Shown here piece after piece: positions 1 to 10,914 of a stretch of 64,000 nucleotides of DNA; position 1 is the first letter of the stretch; each line of letters begins with the position of its first letter. The DNA comes from Candidatus Lustribacter sp. (GTDB lineage Bacteria > Vulcanimicrobiota > Vulcanimicrobiia > Vulcanimicrobiales > Vulcanimicrobiaceae): positions 4,704,001 to 4,768,000 of the forward strand of contig OZ255842.1 in assembly GCA_965277805.1 (NCBI GenBank), written 5' to 3'. The notes beneath the pieces are model-generated. The model had not been told where the DNA came from. It saw nothing but the letters and a program-made list of their open reading frames with translations, and made no database searches. The position numbers were made by a program, and so were the translations under genes.

Positions 1-1
1 C

Positions 2-535
2 GCGGAAGTCGGCGTGCTCGGTGCGACCCACACCGGCATCGCGCATTGTCCCACCTCGAATATGCGGCTGGGCAGCGGCGTCGCGCCGGTGCGCGCGCTG
101 CTCGCTGCCGGCGCGCGCGTAGGTCTCGGCGTCGACGGTTCGGCGTCCAACGATAGCTCGCACCTGCTCGATGAAGTGCGTCACGCGTTGCTGCTGCAGC
201 GCGTTGCGGGCGGAGCAAAAGCCGTCACCGCGCACGAGATGCTGCGCTTGGGAACGCGTGGCGGGGCGGAAGTCCTCGGCCGCGACGACGTGGGTTATCT
301 CGCGCCCGGCATGGCGGCGGATCTGGCGGGCGTGCGGCTCGACACGTTGCCGATGGCCGGCGGCGCCGTGCACGATCCGCTCGCCGCGCTCGTCTTCTGC
401 CGCCCCGCCGGCGTCGATTTCACGATCGTCAACGGCAAGCCGCTCGTCGAACACGGCGCGTTGATCGCGCTCGACGTCGAGCGTCTCGTCGCAAAGCACA
501 ACGAACTCGCGAGAAAGCTTGTAAGCGACGGTTAA
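2..535 (+). CDS. Amidohydrolase-family deaminase (8-oxoguanine/hydroxyatrazine deaminase-like), 5' end outside the window
   Basis: C-terminal metallo-amidohydrolase motifs AHCPTSNMRLGSG, GLGVDGSASND, GYLAPGMAADL; adjacent to xanthine dehydrogenase. Confidence 0.85.
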   Translation, partial: AEVGVLGATHTGIAHCPTSNMRLGSGVAPVRALLAAGARVGLGVDGSASNDSSHLLDEVRHALLLQRVAGGAKAVTAHEMLRLGTRGGAEVLGRDDVGYLAPGMAADLAGVRLDTLPMAGGAVHDPLAALVFCRPAGVDFTIVNGKPLVEHGALIALDVERLVAKHNELARKLVSDG

Positions 536-541
536 CCGCTG

Positions 542-565
542 CCCTTCGATGAGCTCAGGGTGACA
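542..565 (-). repeat. REP-like dispersed repeat (TGTCACCCTGAGC type)
   Basis: Reverse complement reads tgtcaccctgagctcatcgaaggg, closely matching tgtcaccccgagcttgtcgagggg at 49674-49697; lies between convergent genes. Confidence 0.65.
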
Positions 566-2726
566 CGGGTTCGCGCGTCGATGCTTGCTGCGCGGTCATG
601 GCGGCGAGAACGCGGCCGGGCGTGAACGGCATGTCGGAAACCCACGCGCCGGTAGCGTGATGGATCGCGGCCGCGACGGCGGCGCCGAAGGGGACGAGCG
701 GCATCTCCGACATCCCGCGCGCACCGAAGGGTCCCTGCGGATCGGGCGTTTCCATAATCACGGAGTAGATTTGCGCCGGTACGTCGAGCGCGGTCGGCAA
801 GAGATAGTTGCTGAAGTGCGGCGTTTGGATGCGGCCCTGCGCGATGCGAAAATCCTCGGTGAGCGCGTAGCCGATCGCTTGCGCGACGCAGCCTTCGATC
901 TGCGCTTCGACCTGTTGACGGTTGATCGCGCGGCCCACGTCGTTCACGCTGACCACGTTGAGTACCGCAACTTCGCCGGTCGTGATGTCGACCTCGACCT
1001 CGACCGCTTGCGCGACGTAGCCGTACGCATAGTGCGGCGTTCCGTGACCGTTCTCGTCGAACGGCGTCGTCGGGTTGGGCTTGAACTGCACCGTCGCTGC
1101 GGGCGCGCCGCCGGTGGCGAGATTGCGCAGCGCGAGTTCGGCCGCGTCCTTCACCGCGCGTCCGCCCATCAGCGTCATGCGGGACGCCGATGCGGAGCCG
1201 GCGTTCGGCGCATCGGCGGTATCTTCGGCAATGATCGCGACCGCGTCGAGCGGCAGGTTCAGCGTTTCGGCGGCGATCTGGCGCAGGATCAAGTGCGCGC
1301 CCTGGCCGACGTCGGCAGCACCGATGCTCACGCGCGCCGCGCGCACGCCGTCGAGCACCACGAGTTCCACCGTTGCCGTCGCCTGTTCGGGAAAACCGAA
1401 CGAATAGCCGACGTTCTTGACGCCGCTGGCATAGCCGATGCCGCGGCGTTTGCGCGAGTTCACGTCGTGCGTGACCGGGGTGAGACGCAGCGCGGCTTCT
1501 TCGATGCAGCGCTCGAGCACCGGGAGGGCGCTGACGCCGGGCGGCATTACGGTGCCCGACGAGTTGAGGCTGCCTTCGCGGTAGAGATGCTTGCGGCGCA
1601 CGTCCAGCGGGTCGAGCTTCAGCGCGTGCGCGACGCGCGTCATCATCGATTCGGCCGCGAAGTGCGCTTGCGGGCCGCCGAAGCCGCGGAACGCGCCGCT
1701 CGGCACGTTGTTGGTGTAGCAGGCGTAGCCGTCGACGCTGATGTTGGGGATGTCGTAGGGCCCGTGCGCGAACGTCATCGCGCCCTTGAGCACTTCGATG
1801 CTGGTTGACGCGTAGGCGCCGCCGTCGGCGATCAAGGTCGTCTCCACCGCGGTGATCGTACCGTCGCGCTTCGCGCCCCACTTCGCCGTGATGAAGAACG
1901 GATGGCGTTTGTGATGGCCGATGATCGATTCTTCGCGGCTCCAGCGAATCGACGCCGGACGCTTGAGCACCCACGTCGCGAGCGCGACCAGGCACTGCAC
2001 CGACATGTCCTCGCGGCCGCCGAACGCGCCGCCGATCTTCGCGTACTTCACGACGACCCGATCTTCGTGCAGTTCCAGGATCTCGGCGAGTTGCTTGCGA
2101 TCTTCGTGCAGCCACTGCCCGGCGGTTTCGACGACGAGCCGTCCCGCTTTGTCGAAATACGCAATGCCCGCATCGGGCTGCAGATAGGCGTGTTCTTGCC
2201 ACTGCGTCGAGAACGTGCCTTCGACGATCACGTCGGCCTCGTCGAACGCGCGCGCGGTATCGCCGCGCCGGATCTTCTGGTGCAGCAGCACGTTGTCGCG
2301 ATCGTGGTGCACGCGCGGCGCACCGGGCTTCATCGCCTCGCGCGGATCGCTCACGATCGGCAAGTCTTCGTACTCGACGCGAACGAGCGCCGCACCGCGC
2401 GCGGCGGCAATGTCGGTTTCGGCCGCGACGAGCGCGACGCGGTCGCCGTCGTGCCGCACGGTGTCATCGCACAGCACGGGCTGGTCGGAATCGATCAGGC
2501 CGTAGCGGTTGTGCGGCACGTCCTTGGCGGTGAGCACCGCGATCACGCCCGGCACGGCCATGGCTGCCGTGGTGTCGATCGAGACGATGCGCGCGTGTCC
2601 GCGGCGCGCGAACACCGTCTTCAGGCGTACCATGTCCGCGGTGATCAGATCGGCCGGATAGTTGGCCGCGCCGGTGACTTTATCCAGCGCATCGTGACGC
2701 GGATGCGACGTGCCGATATGCGTCAC
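555..2726 (-). CDS. Xanthine dehydrogenase family molybdopterin-binding subunit
   Basis: DKVTGAANY, GGAFGGRE, GAFRGFGGPQ, DVGQG, SASRMT, QIEG, GPFGARGMSE motifs; start placed at GTG 2726 overlapping the upstream TGA. Confidence 0.92.
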   Translation of the reverse strand: MTHIGTSHPRHDALDKVTGAANYPADLITADMVRLKTVFARRGHARIVSIDTTAAMAVPGVIAVLTAKDVPHNRYGLIDSDQPVLCDDTVRHDGDRVALVAAETDIAAARGAALVRVEYEDLPIVSDPREAMKPGAPRVHHDRDNVLLHQKIRRGDTARAFDEADVIVEGTFSTQWQEHAYLQPDAGIAYFDKAGRLVVETAGQWLHEDRKQLAEILELHEDRVVVKYAKIGGAFGGREDMSVQCLVALATWVLKRPASIRWSREESIIGHHKRHPFFITAKWGAKRDGTITAVETTLIADGGAYASTSIEVLKGAMTFAHGPYDIPNISVDGYACYTNNVPSGAFRGFGGPQAHFAAESMMTRVAHALKLDPLDVRRKHLYREGSLNSSGTVMPPGVSALPVLERCIEEAALRLTPVTHDVNSRKRRGIGYASGVKNVGYSFGFPEQATATVELVVLDGVRAARVSIGAADVGQGAHLILRQIAAETLNLPLDAVAIIAEDTADAPNAGSASASRMTLMGGRAVKDAAELALRNLATGGAPAATVQFKPNPTTPFDENGHGTPHYAYGYVAQAVEVEVDITTGEVAVLNVVSVNDVGRAINRQQVEAQIEGCVAQAIGYALTEDFRIAQGRIQTPHFSNYLLPTALDVPAQIYSVIMETPDPQGPFGARGMSEMPLVPFGAAVAAAIHHATGAWVSDMPFTPGRVLAAMTAQQASTREPVSP

Positions 2727-4144
2727 GTGCCGACCTCGATGCGCAGCGCTTCGGCGTCGACCTCGGCGGCCGATGCGATCGCGGTGAGGATCTTCGCGTA
2801 GCCGGTGCAGCGGCAGATGTTGCCGCTGATCGCGCTGCGGATGTCGGCCGTCGCCGGTTCGGGACATTCGTCGATGAGCTTCGCGCCGGCCATGATCATG
2901 CCCGGAATGCAGAAACCGCACTGCACCGCGCCGTGATCGATGAAGGCCTGTTGCACCGGATGCAGCACCGCGCCGTCGGCCAAGCCTTCGATCGTCGTGA
3001 TTGCCGCGCCGTGCGCCTGCGGGGCGGGGACGAGGCACGACATCACCGCGCGGCCGTCGAGCCACATCGTGCACGCGCCGCACTCGCCCTCGGCGCAGCC
3101 TTCTTTCGCGCCGGTGAGGCCGGCAACGTCGCGCAGCGCATCGAGCAGCGAGAGATGCTGCACGTCCTCGAGCGTGTAGTGCCGTCCGTTGATCGTGGTA
3201 TCGACGGTGCCCTCAAACGGCAGCACGGCTTGCGCGGGTGCGGGCGTTTCGAGCAGCACGGGTTCGACGGCGAGCCCGTTGGCTTCGGTGCCGTCGGCGA
3301 TTTGATCGAGCGCGCGTTCCACCAGCGCGGCGACGGTCGTGCGCCGGTAATCCGCCGTCGCGCGGATGTCGTCGATCGGCGCGATCGCCGCAGCGGCTAG
3401 TGACGCCGCGCGCATGCGCGCCGCACGATCGAGCGTGCTCCCGGCGAGCGAGGCTTCGGCTTCCGTGACGCGCACGATCGTCGGCGCGACGCAACCGAGT
3501 GCGATGCGCGCTTCGACGACGCGCGGCCCGTCGAATTCGATCACGATCGCGACGCTGATCACCGAGATCGCCTGCGCTTTGCGCAAGCCGAGTTTGAGAA
3601 AGATGCCGCGGCGCGAGGGACCGAGTTTGCGCACCGAGATCGAGTGCACCAGTTCGCCCGGCGCGAGCGCCGTTTTGCGAAAGCCCGTGCAGAACTCGGC
3701 GATGCCGAGGCTGCGCCGGCCCGCCGCGCCTGCAATTTCGACTTCGGTGTCGAGAACGAACAGCGCCGCGATCGTATCGTTGGCCGGCGACGCGGTGACG
3801 AGATTGCCGGCGATCGTGCCGCGCGCGCGAATTTGCGGCGCGCCGACTTCGGCACACGCTTGAACGAGCGGCAGCGCTTCGCGGCGGAACGTCGCCGATC
3901 CGAGCACGTCGTTGTGCGTGGTGAGCGCGCCCATGGTCAAACGATCCGCGTCTTCGGTGATGAAGCGCAGCTCGGGCTCGAGGGCCGTCAGGTCGATCAG
4001 CTTAGTTGCCTTGTTGCCCCGGCCAAGCTCAACCATAACGTCGGTGCCCCCGGCAATCAGCCGGGTATCGGCGCCCGCGCGGGCGAGTTCGGAGAGAGCG
4101 TCGGCAAGCGAGGTCGGCCGACGATAGACCTCGATCATCTCCAT
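2723..4144 (-). CDS. Xanthine dehydrogenase family fused FAD-binding + (2Fe-2S) subunit
   Basis: N-terminal FAD domain ([19 protein letters not shown]); C-terminal [10 protein letters not shown] and QCGFC...NICRCTGY iron-sulfur motifs. Confidence 0.92.
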   Translation of the reverse strand: MEMIEVYRRPTSLADALSELARAGADTRLIAGGTDVMVELGRGNKATKLIDLTALEPELRFITEDADRLTMGALTTHNDVLGSATFRREALPLVQACAEVGAPQIRARGTIAGNLVTASPANDTIAALFVLDTEVEIAGAAGRRSLGIAEFCTGFRKTALAPGELVHSISVRKLGPSRRGIFLKLGLRKAQAISVISVAIVIEFDGPRVVEARIALGCVAPTIVRVTEAEASLAGSTLDRAARMRAASLAAAAIAPIDDIRATADYRRTTVAALVERALDQIADGTEANGLAVEPVLLETPAPAQAVLPFEGTVDTTINGRHYTLEDVQHLSLLDALRDVAGLTGAKEGCAEGECGACTMWLDGRAVMSCLVPAPQAHGAAITTIEGLADGAVLHPVQQAFIDHGAVQCGFCIPGMIMAGAKLIDECPEPATADIRSAISGNICRCTGYAKILTAIASAAEVDAEALRIEVGT

Positions 4145-4254
4145 ATGTTCGGATTTCCCAGTTTCGGCTCTTCTTTCAGATTGTCACATCTGCGTATCTC
4201 CGCACGTGACGATTGGCGCACGGCGACGGAGCGTATGCTCCCCAAAGGGTCATC

Positions 4255-4557
4255 ATGCACCTGACGGATGTCGAGCGGGACAAATTGCTGCTCAGCTATG
4301 CAGCCGACATGGCGTGGCGGCGGAAGGCGCGCGGCGTGAAGCTCAACCATCCGGAATCGATCGCGATCATCGCCTCGTTCGTGCTCGAAGGCGCGCGCGA
4401 CGGGCGCAGCGTGGCCGATCTGATGCAGGCCGGCCGGGCCGTGCTCACGCGCGAAGACGTCATGGAGGGCGTGCCCGAGATGATCGAGTCGGTCCAAGTC
4501 GAGGCGACGTTTCCGGACGGAACCAAACTGGTCACCGTCCACGAGCCGATCCTATGA
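4255..4557 (+). CDS. ureA: Urease gamma subunit
   Basis: [11 protein letters not shown]...RGVKLNHPE...[20 protein letters not shown]. Confidence 0.97.
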   Translation: MHLTDVERDKLLLSYAADMAWRRKARGVKLNHPESIAIIASFVLEGARDGRSVADLMQAGRAVLTREDVMEGVPEMIESVQVEATFPDGTKLVTVHEPIL

Positions 4558-4829
4558 TTCCCGGTGAAATTTTCGTTCAGGCTGGCGAGGTGGAGCTGAA
4601 GCCCGGGCGCCGCCGCGTCACGCTCACGGTGAGCAACACCGGCGACCGGCCGATCCAAGTCGGATCGCACGCGCACTTCGCCGAGGTCAACAGCGGGCTC
4701 GCGTTCGATCGCGCCGCCGCGCGCAACATGCTGCTCGACATTCCGGCGGGCACGGCGGTGCGCTTCGAGCCCGGCATCGAGCGCCCCGTCGATCTGGTGG
4801 AAGCCGCGGGCGAGAAACGCTTCGCATGA
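4554..4829 (+). CDS. ureB: Urease beta subunit
   Basis: MIPGEI...[15 protein letters not shown]...[18 protein letters not shown] overlap with ureA. Confidence 0.97.
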   Translation: MIPGEIFVQAGEVELKPGRRRVTLTVSNTGDRPIQVGSHAHFAEVNSGLAFDRAAARNMLLDIPAGTAVRFEPGIERPVDLVEAAGEKRFA

Positions 4830-6538
4830 AAATTTCGCGCGAACAGTACGCCCGGCTGTACGGGCCGACGACCGGCGACCGGATGCGCCTCGCCGACACC
4901 GGTCTGATCGTCGAGATCGAACGCGACCTCACCGGCTTCGGCGACGAACTGAGTTTCGGCGGCGGTAAAGTCATTCGCGATGCGATGGGCCAGCATCCGT
5001 CGATCTCGCGCGCCGACGGTGCGCTCGACACCGTCATCACGAACGCGATCGTCATCGACGCCGGCGGTATCTACAAAGCGGACATCGGACTGCGCGACGG
5101 GCGCATCGCCGGCATCGGCAAAGCCGGCAATCCGTACATCATGGACGGCATTACGCCCGGAATGATCGTCGGCGCTTCGACCGAAGCGATTGCGGGCGAA
5201 AGCTTGATCGTCACCGCGGGCGCGATCGACACGCACATCCATTTCATCTCGCCGCAACAGGTCACCGCCGCAATCGGCAGCGGCGTCACGACGATGATCG
5301 GCGGCGGCACGGGGCCCGCATCGGGCACGAACGCAACGACTTGCACGCCCGGCGCGTGGCATCTCGATCAGATGCTGCTGGCCACCGAGTCGCTGCCGGT
5401 GAACGTCGGATTTCTCGGCAAGGGGAATGCGACCGGACTCGCGCCGCTGCGCGAGCAGATCGACGCCGGTTGTCTCGGTCTGAAGCTGCACGAAGACTGG
5501 GGCTCGACCCCACGCGCGATCGACGCCGCCCTCACCGCGGCGGATGAAGCCGACGTGCAAGTGGCGATTCACACCGACACGCTCAACGAGATGGGTTTTC
5601 TCGAAGAGACGATTCGCGCGATCGCCGGCCGCACGATTCACACCTATCACACCGAAGGGGCGGGCGGCGGCCACGCGCCCGACATCATCCGCATCGCCGG
5701 CGAATCGTACGTGCTGCCGTCGTCGACCAATCCGACGCGGCCCTACACCGTCAACACGCTGGCCGAACACCTCGACATGCTGATGGTCTGCCATCATCTC
5801 GATCCGTCGATTCCCGAAGACGTCGCGTTCGCCGACTCGCGCATCCGCGGCGAGACCATCGCGGCCGAGGACGTGCTGCACGATCTCGGCGCGATCAGCA
5901 TGATGTCCTCGGACTCACAGGCGATGGGCCGCGTGCACGAAGTGATCATGCGCACCTGGCAGACCGCGCACAAGATGCGCGTGCAGCGCGGGCCGTTGCC
6001 GGGCGAGCGTGAGGGCAGCGACAACCTGCGCGTGAAGCGATACGTAGCGAAATACACGATCAATCCCGCCATCACCCACGGCATCGGCACGTATGCGGGC
6101 TCGGTCGAGGTGGGGAAGATCGCCGATCTCGTCGTGTGGAAGCCCGCATTCTTCGGCTTTCGGCCCGAACTCGTGATCAAGGGCGGCACGATCGCCTACG
6201 CCGCGATGGGCGATCCGTCGGCATCGATCCCGACGCCGCAGCCCGAGCGCATGCTGCCGATGTGGGGTGCGTTCGGCGCCGCGCCGGCGGCCGGCTCGTT
6301 CACATTCGTTTCGAAGCGCGGCCTCGAGTGCGGGATGTCCGAACGCGTCCGCTCGCGCCGCACGTTCTTGCCGGTGATGAATTGCCGCGCGATCGGCAAG
6401 CGGGATATGGTGCACAACGCTGCGTTACCGCACATCGAGGTCGATCCGAAGACGTACGCGGTGCGCGCCGACGGCGAACTGATGACGTGCGAACCCGCAA
6501 CGGTGCTGCCGCTCGCGCAGCGGTACGCGCTGTTCTGA
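4826..6538 (+). CDS. ureC: Urease alpha subunit
   Basis: [62 protein letters not shown]-terminus [10 protein letters not shown]; Ni ligands intact. Confidence 0.99.
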   Translation: MKISREQYARLYGPTTGDRMRLADTGLIVEIERDLTGFGDELSFGGGKVIRDAMGQHPSISRADGALDTVITNAIVIDAGGIYKADIGLRDGRIAGIGKAGNPYIMDGITPGMIVGASTEAIAGESLIVTAGAIDTHIHFISPQQVTAAIGSGVTTMIGGGTGPASGTNATTCTPGAWHLDQMLLATESLPVNVGFLGKGNATGLAPLREQIDAGCLGLKLHEDWGSTPRAIDAALTAADEADVQVAIHTDTLNEMGFLEETIRAIAGRTIHTYHTEGAGGGHAPDIIRIAGESYVLPSSTNPTRPYTVNTLAEHLDMLMVCHHLDPSIPEDVAFADSRIRGETIAAEDVLHDLGAISMMSSDSQAMGRVHEVIMRTWQTAHKMRVQRGPLPGEREGSDNLRVKRYVAKYTINPAITHGIGTYAGSVEVGKIADLVVWKPAFFGFRPELVIKGGTIAYAAMGDPSASIPTPQPERMLPMWGAFGAAPAAGSFTFVSKRGLECGMSERVRSRRTFLPVMNCRAIGKRDMVHNAALPHIEVDPKTYAVRADGELMTCEPATVLPLAQRYALF

Positions 6539-6993
6539 TGTTTCGCCGCATCGACGCCGTGCTCGGCAACCTCGCCACGTTCCCCGTCGGCACGCGCACG
6601 GTGGAACGCTTGCCGGTGGCGAGCAGTGCCATGACCCGCCGGCTCATCCGGCTGCCCTCGACCATCGGCGACCTCGGCCTGATGCTCGAGGGCGAGCAGC
6701 GCCTTCGTGACGGCGACGTGCTCGTGGCGGATGCGACGCGCGTGCTCGCGATCGAGGTCGTGCCGGAAGACGTGTTGATCGCCTATCCCGATTCCATTCC
6801 GCAGGCGGTCGAGATCGCGCACGCGTTCGGCAACCGGCACATTCCGGTCATCCGGGAAGGCGACGCGATCGTGGTGAGTTATGCGGCCCCGCTCGAAGAA
6901 CTGCTCCAACGCAGCGGCGTGCGTTACGAGCGCTGCGCGCGCGTACTGGAACGGCCGTTCGTTTACGCGCACGCCCCGCACACGCACGCATGA
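6538..6993 (+). CDS. ureE: Urease accessory protein UreE
   Basis: LRDGDVL and AHAFGNRH motifs; short His tail HAPHTHA; TGATG overlap with ureC. Confidence 0.88.
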   Translation: MFRRIDAVLGNLATFPVGTRTVERLPVASSAMTRRLIRLPSTIGDLGLMLEGEQRLRDGDVLVADATRVLAIEVVPEDVLIAYPDSIPQAVEIAHAFGNRHIPVIREGDAIVVSYAAPLEELLQRSGVRYERCARVLERPFVYAHAPHTHA

Positions 6994-7661
6994 TCGATCC
7001 GCGTTTTCTGCAGTTGTGCGACAGCGCGTTTCCGAGCGGCGCCTTCTCGCAGTCGTTCGGTCTCGAGACGGCGATCGCAGAACGCGGCATCGCGGATGCG
7101 GCGGCCGTGCGCGCGTGGATCGTCGAATACCTCGAACGCGGCCTGGCGACGTGCGATGCGCGCGCGTTCGTGCTCGGCATGCGCGCCGTCGCGACCGTGG
7201 CTGAACTCGACGGAATGCTGGCGGTCTCGGTGTTTCCCGCCGACGTCCGCGCCGCGAATCGCCGCTTGGCGCGCGCGACGCTCGAAGCGTATCTCGCGAT
7301 GGGGATCGCGGACGAGGCGATCGGTGCGTACCGCGATGCGATTCTGGCCGGCGCCGCGAGCGGTCAGCACGCGCTCGCGTGCATGCTCGGCTACCGCGCG
7401 ATCGGCGCGCGCATCGAAGACGCCGTGTGCGCGTATCTCAGTTCCGCCGCGGCGGCGCTGGCGGCCGTGGCAGCGCGCGCGGTGCCGCTCGGGCAGCGCG
7501 ACGTCGGCGCGCTCTTGTGGTCGCTGCGCGCGCCGATCGCGGAGTTCACGCGCAGCGCCTGCGCGGCGGCGTCGCTCGACGATCTGACCTCGAGTGCGCT
7601 CCACTGCGAGATCGATGCAATGCGGCACGCAGCGCTCGACGCGCGGTTGTTCGCGTCGTGA
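6990..7661 (+). CDS. ureF: Urease accessory protein UreF
   Basis: [21 protein letters not shown]-terminal H...RLFAS. Confidence 0.93.
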   Translation: MIDPRFLQLCDSAFPSGAFSQSFGLETAIAERGIADAAAVRAWIVEYLERGLATCDARAFVLGMRAVATVAELDGMLAVSVFPADVRAANRRLARATLEAYLAMGIADEAIGAYRDAILAGAASGQHALACMLGYRAIGARIEDAVCAYLSSAAAALAAVAARAVPLGQRDVGALLWSLRAPIAEFTRSACAAASLDDLTSSALHCEIDAMRHAALDARLFAS

Positions 7662-8269
7662 GCGCGGTGCGCATCGGCGTCGGTGGGCCGGTCGGCGCCG
7701 GGAAGACGGCGCTCGTCGAGCGGCTGGCGCGCGCGTTCTACCCGCGCGTCGATCTGGCTGTCGTGACCAACGACATCTACACGCGCGAGGACGCGCTGAT
7801 CCTGACGCGCAGCGGCTGTTTGCCGCCCGAACGCATCGTCGGCGTGGAAACCGGCGGTTGCCCGCACACCGCGATCCGCGAAGATGCCTCGATGAATCTC
7901 GAAGCGATCGCCGAGCTCGAAGCGCGCTTTCCGCAGCTGCGCCTGGTGATCGTCGAGAGCGGCGGCGACAACCTCGCCGCTACCTTCAGCCCCGATCTCG
8001 CCGACGTGACGATCTACGTCATCGACGTGGCCGGCGGGGACAAGATTCCGGCCAAGGGCGGACCCGGCATCACTAATGCCGATCTGCTCGTGATCAACAA
8101 GATCGACTTGGCACCGCATGTCGGCGCCGATCTCGAACGCATGCGGCGGGATGCGGGCGCCGCCCGCGGAACGCGTCCGTATCTGTTCACCGACATGCGG
8201 CACGGTACCGGACTCGATCCGTTGATGGAATTCGTCGCCCAGGCCGCGCTGCTCGACGCCGCTTCGTGA
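7658..8269 (+). CDS. ureG: Urease accessory GTPase UreG
   Basis: P-loop [38 protein letters not shown] start overlaps ureF stop. Confidence 0.96.
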   Translation: MSAVRIGVGGPVGAGKTALVERLARAFYPRVDLAVVTNDIYTREDALILTRSGCLPPERIVGVETGGCPHTAIREDASMNLEAIAELEARFPQLRLVIVESGGDNLAATFSPDLADVTIYVIDVAGGDKIPAKGGPGITNADLLVINKIDLAPHVGADLERMRRDAGAARGTRPYLFTDMRHGTGLDPLMEFVAQAALLDAAS

Positions 8270-8985
8270 GAAATGCCGGCAGCATCGCGCTGACGTGCGA
8301 TGCGAGCGCGGGCCGCACGCGTCTGGCGACGATTCGTTGCGAGGGGCTCTCGCGCACGAGTCGCGCCTTCGCCGCGCCGCGCGGCGCGATTCGCCTCATG
8401 CTCTCGGCGCTCGGCCCCGGCGTACTGGCCGGCGACCATTTCAGCATCGACGGGGCGCTCGCGGAACGAGCGTCGCTCACCGCATTCGGTCAGATGGCGA
8501 CGCCGGTGTTTGCCGGCGCAGATGTGTCGCAAACGCGCGCGGTCTGGCACGTGGCCGACGGCGCAACGCTCGTCGTTGCGAGCGAACCGCTGCTGCTCGA
8601 ACCCGGTAGCGAGCACGCCGCCGGCGCCTCATTCGCGGTCGAAGGCAGCGGCAGCGCGATCGTGATCGACACGTTCGGCTTGCGCGGTTCGGCGCGGCTG
8701 TCGATGCGCACGCGGGCGACGCTCGACGGGCGCCTCGCGTACCGCGACGCGTACGACATCGCGAGCGGCCTCGACGGCGCATTCGGCACCGTTACGCTGA
8801 TCGCGGCGGCTGCCGATGCGCGCGACGCGTTCCTCGCGCGTGCATCCGCGGTTGCGGCAAACGCGAACGAGGTGCGCATCGGATGCGGCGAGACGGCCGG
8901 TGCCGCGATCGTTCGTTTGCACGGTGCGCGCGTGTGGGACGTGCGCGCCGCGGCCTTGCGCATCGCCGGCGCTACGGGGCCGTGA
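8266..8985 (+). CDS. ureD: Urease accessory protein UreD (divergent)
   Basis: Last gene of the ure operon; GPGVLAGD motif; beta-rich; GTGA overlap with ureG. Confidence 0.75.
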   Translation: MRNAGSIALTCDASAGRTRLATIRCEGLSRTSRAFAAPRGAIRLMLSALGPGVLAGDHFSIDGALAERASLTAFGQMATPVFAGADVSQTRAVWHVADGATLVVASEPLLLEPGSEHAAGASFAVEGSGSAIVIDTFGLRGSARLSMRTRATLDGRLAYRDAYDIASGLDGAFGTVTLIAAAADARDAFLARASAVAANANEVRIGCGETAGAAIVRLHGARVWDVRAAALRIAGATGP

Positions 8986-9520
8986 TTTCCCGCGTGTCGC
9001 GTTCGAGCGCGGCGTACTCGCGGTCCCACGCACCGCTCTCGATGTGACGCTTCGCGCGCATTGCCAGATGCTCGAATGCGCGCCCGGTGTACGGACCGAG
9101 CGCAACGCGGCGCAGTTCGATCGCCGGGCGCAAGTGATCCCACATGTCGCTGAACGTGTCGGCGTACTCGGCCAGCACCAGGCTTTCCGCCACGCCGCCC
9201 TTGGAGATCAGCACGGAGATGTGCTCGAGAAAGCGCAGCGTTTCGCCCATCTGGCGGAATTCTTCGGGGACGAACTTCGGATCGGTCAATTGGGTGCGGT
9301 AGGCGGGGTCGGTGCGCACGCGCTCGGCCACGGCCCGAAGATTTTCACGCGCAGCGGTCGTGCCCGGCGAGTCCATGAAATCGATCAGTCGCAGGTAGAT
9401 GACCATTTCGTTGGCATTGCGGTTGTGCCGTAATTGACGGAACGCCGCGACCGCCGTTACGGCGACGATGATCGCGGTGATGATGGCCGCAATGGCGGCA
9501 GCCCACCCCGAGTCCAACAA
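8972..9520 (-). CDS. Membrane-anchored hypothetical protein (DUF4760-like)
   Basis: N-terminal TM helix (WAAAIAAIITAIIVAVTAVAAF) then helical domain with FLEHISVL and FEHLA. Confidence 0.65.
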   Translation of the reverse strand: MLDSGWAAAIAAIITAIIVAVTAVAAFRQLRHNRNANEMVIYLRLIDFMDSPGTTAARENLRAVAERVRTDPAYRTQLTDPKFVPEEFRQMGETLRFLEHISVLISKGGVAESLVLAEYADTFSDMWDHLRPAIELRRVALGPYTGRAFEHLAMRAKRHIESGAWDREYAALERDTREITAP

Positions 9521-9580
9521 TGCTTGCCTAACTTAGAGAGAGACGAGGTCCACGCACCCCTTCCCGTGGAACGCATCCAG

Positions 9581-10849
9581 GTGCTGCTTCAACAACGCCG
9601 GTTCATTTCTATTGGGATGTTTTTGGCCGTTGCGGCCATCGCCGGATGCGCGGGCGGCAGCACTTCAGGTCCGGTTCCCTCGGCCACGGCCACGGCCAGC
9701 CCGGGCTCGGCGAACACCACGCTCGTGGCGATCCCCACCACACCAGGCAACGTTGCGTTGACGGCCATTGCCGGAATTACGCCCGGCTTTGCGATCGGTT
9801 CCGGCGCACCGGCGAACCTGACGGCGACCATGACCGAGAGCGCGACCGCACCGTCGGGCGCGCCGACCTTGTCGGTGGCGCGCAAGACGCAGTCCGCAAC
9901 CGACGGCATCACGCCGTTTCTCTACGTCACGGCGACGTTCTCGGCCAACGTTCCCTCGGGCGTCGTCCTCTCGGAACTGCTGCAGCTTTCGAACGCGCTG
10001 CCGGCCAACGCCGACTACTTCTGCGCGATCACCGACCTCACGGCCAACTCGCAGACCGTCACCTTCGGGCCCGCCGTGCCGGCGAACGGCTTTGTGACGA
10101 TCCCCAACGGCACCGCGACGGGCACGACGAACGCGGCGCCGAGCACTCCGTCGTTCCAGGGCGGCCACACCTACCTCTTCGAGTTCTACGAACTGCCGGT
10201 CTCATCGGCCACGCCGACCCCCTCGCCGAGCCCGACGGCCGGCGGTTCGGCCTCGCCGAGTCCGTCCCCGAGCGCTACCGCCAGCAGCAGCGCGGCCCCG
10301 ACGCCGACCGCGACCGCCACGAGCGCCGGAACGGCGACGGCGCCGCCGGTTTTCACCTTCACCGGCCCGAGCGCAACGAGCGCCCCGGTCACCCCGCCGA
10401 ACGCTCCGCCCGCGTTCTCCGTCGGCGGATCCGGCTACGGCAGCCACAGCGCGCAGGTCTCGATTTCGCTCGGCGCCGCGACCACCTCAGGCGCTTACAG
10501 CATGACGGCGGAACTCGGCAGCGTCGGCGACATCACCTCGAACAACTTCCCGTTCTACACCGGCAGCGCGGCGACGCCGCTGTTCTACGTCCAGCTCGAG
10601 CCGACCGCATCCGTGACGTTCTCCCAGACCCCGGCCATCACGGTGAACGTGAACAGCTTCGGCAGCAGCAACACCTGCAGTCTCTTCATCTACGCGAACA
10701 CCGGTGGGTCGTCGTACCAGTGGCTCCAAGTCCCCAACACGATCGTGAACGTCAGCGGCACCCAGGTGGTGATCCCGGCGGCCTCGGCGCCCGGCGTGAC
10801 CCTGCAATACTTGCCGACGCAGTCGCAGGTCGGGTTCATCGGCTGTTAG
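9581..10849 (+). CDS. Ser/Thr/Pro-rich surface lipoprotein
   Basis: Lipobox-like LAVAAIAGC; central TPSPSPT linker; start uncertain (GTG 9581 or ATG 9617). Confidence 0.75.
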   Translation: MLLQQRRFISIGMFLAVAAIAGCAGGSTSGPVPSATATASPGSANTTLVAIPTTPGNVALTAIAGITPGFAIGSGAPANLTATMTESATAPSGAPTLSVARKTQSATDGITPFLYVTATFSANVPSGVVLSELLQLSNALPANADYFCAITDLTANSQTVTFGPAVPANGFVTIPNGTATGTTNAAPSTPSFQGGHTYLFEFYELPVSSATPTPSPSPTAGGSASPSPSPSATASSSAAPTPTATATSAGTATAPPVFTFTGPSATSAPVTPPNAPPAFSVGGSGYGSHSAQVSISLGAATTSGAYSMTAELGSVGDITSNNFPFYTGSAATPLFYVQLEPTASVTFSQTPAITVNVNSFGSSNTCSLFIYANTGGSSYQWLQVPNTIVNVSGTQVVIPAASAPGVTLQYLPTQSQVGFIGC

Positions 10850-10914
10850 CCCGGCAAGCCCGGCGCGGCTGAAGGCGTCCCCTCGCTAAATGCTCAAAAA
10901 GTGAAGATGTTCAT

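Noticed and set aside
4255-8985. Urease operon as a novel system
   Set aside because: Canonical ureABCEFGD order with intact catalytic motifs
10200-10400. Repetitive DNA possibly a CRISPR array or tandem repeat
   Set aside because: It encodes the Pro/Ser/Thr linker of the lipoprotein; there are no constant repeats with unique spacers and no cas genes in the window
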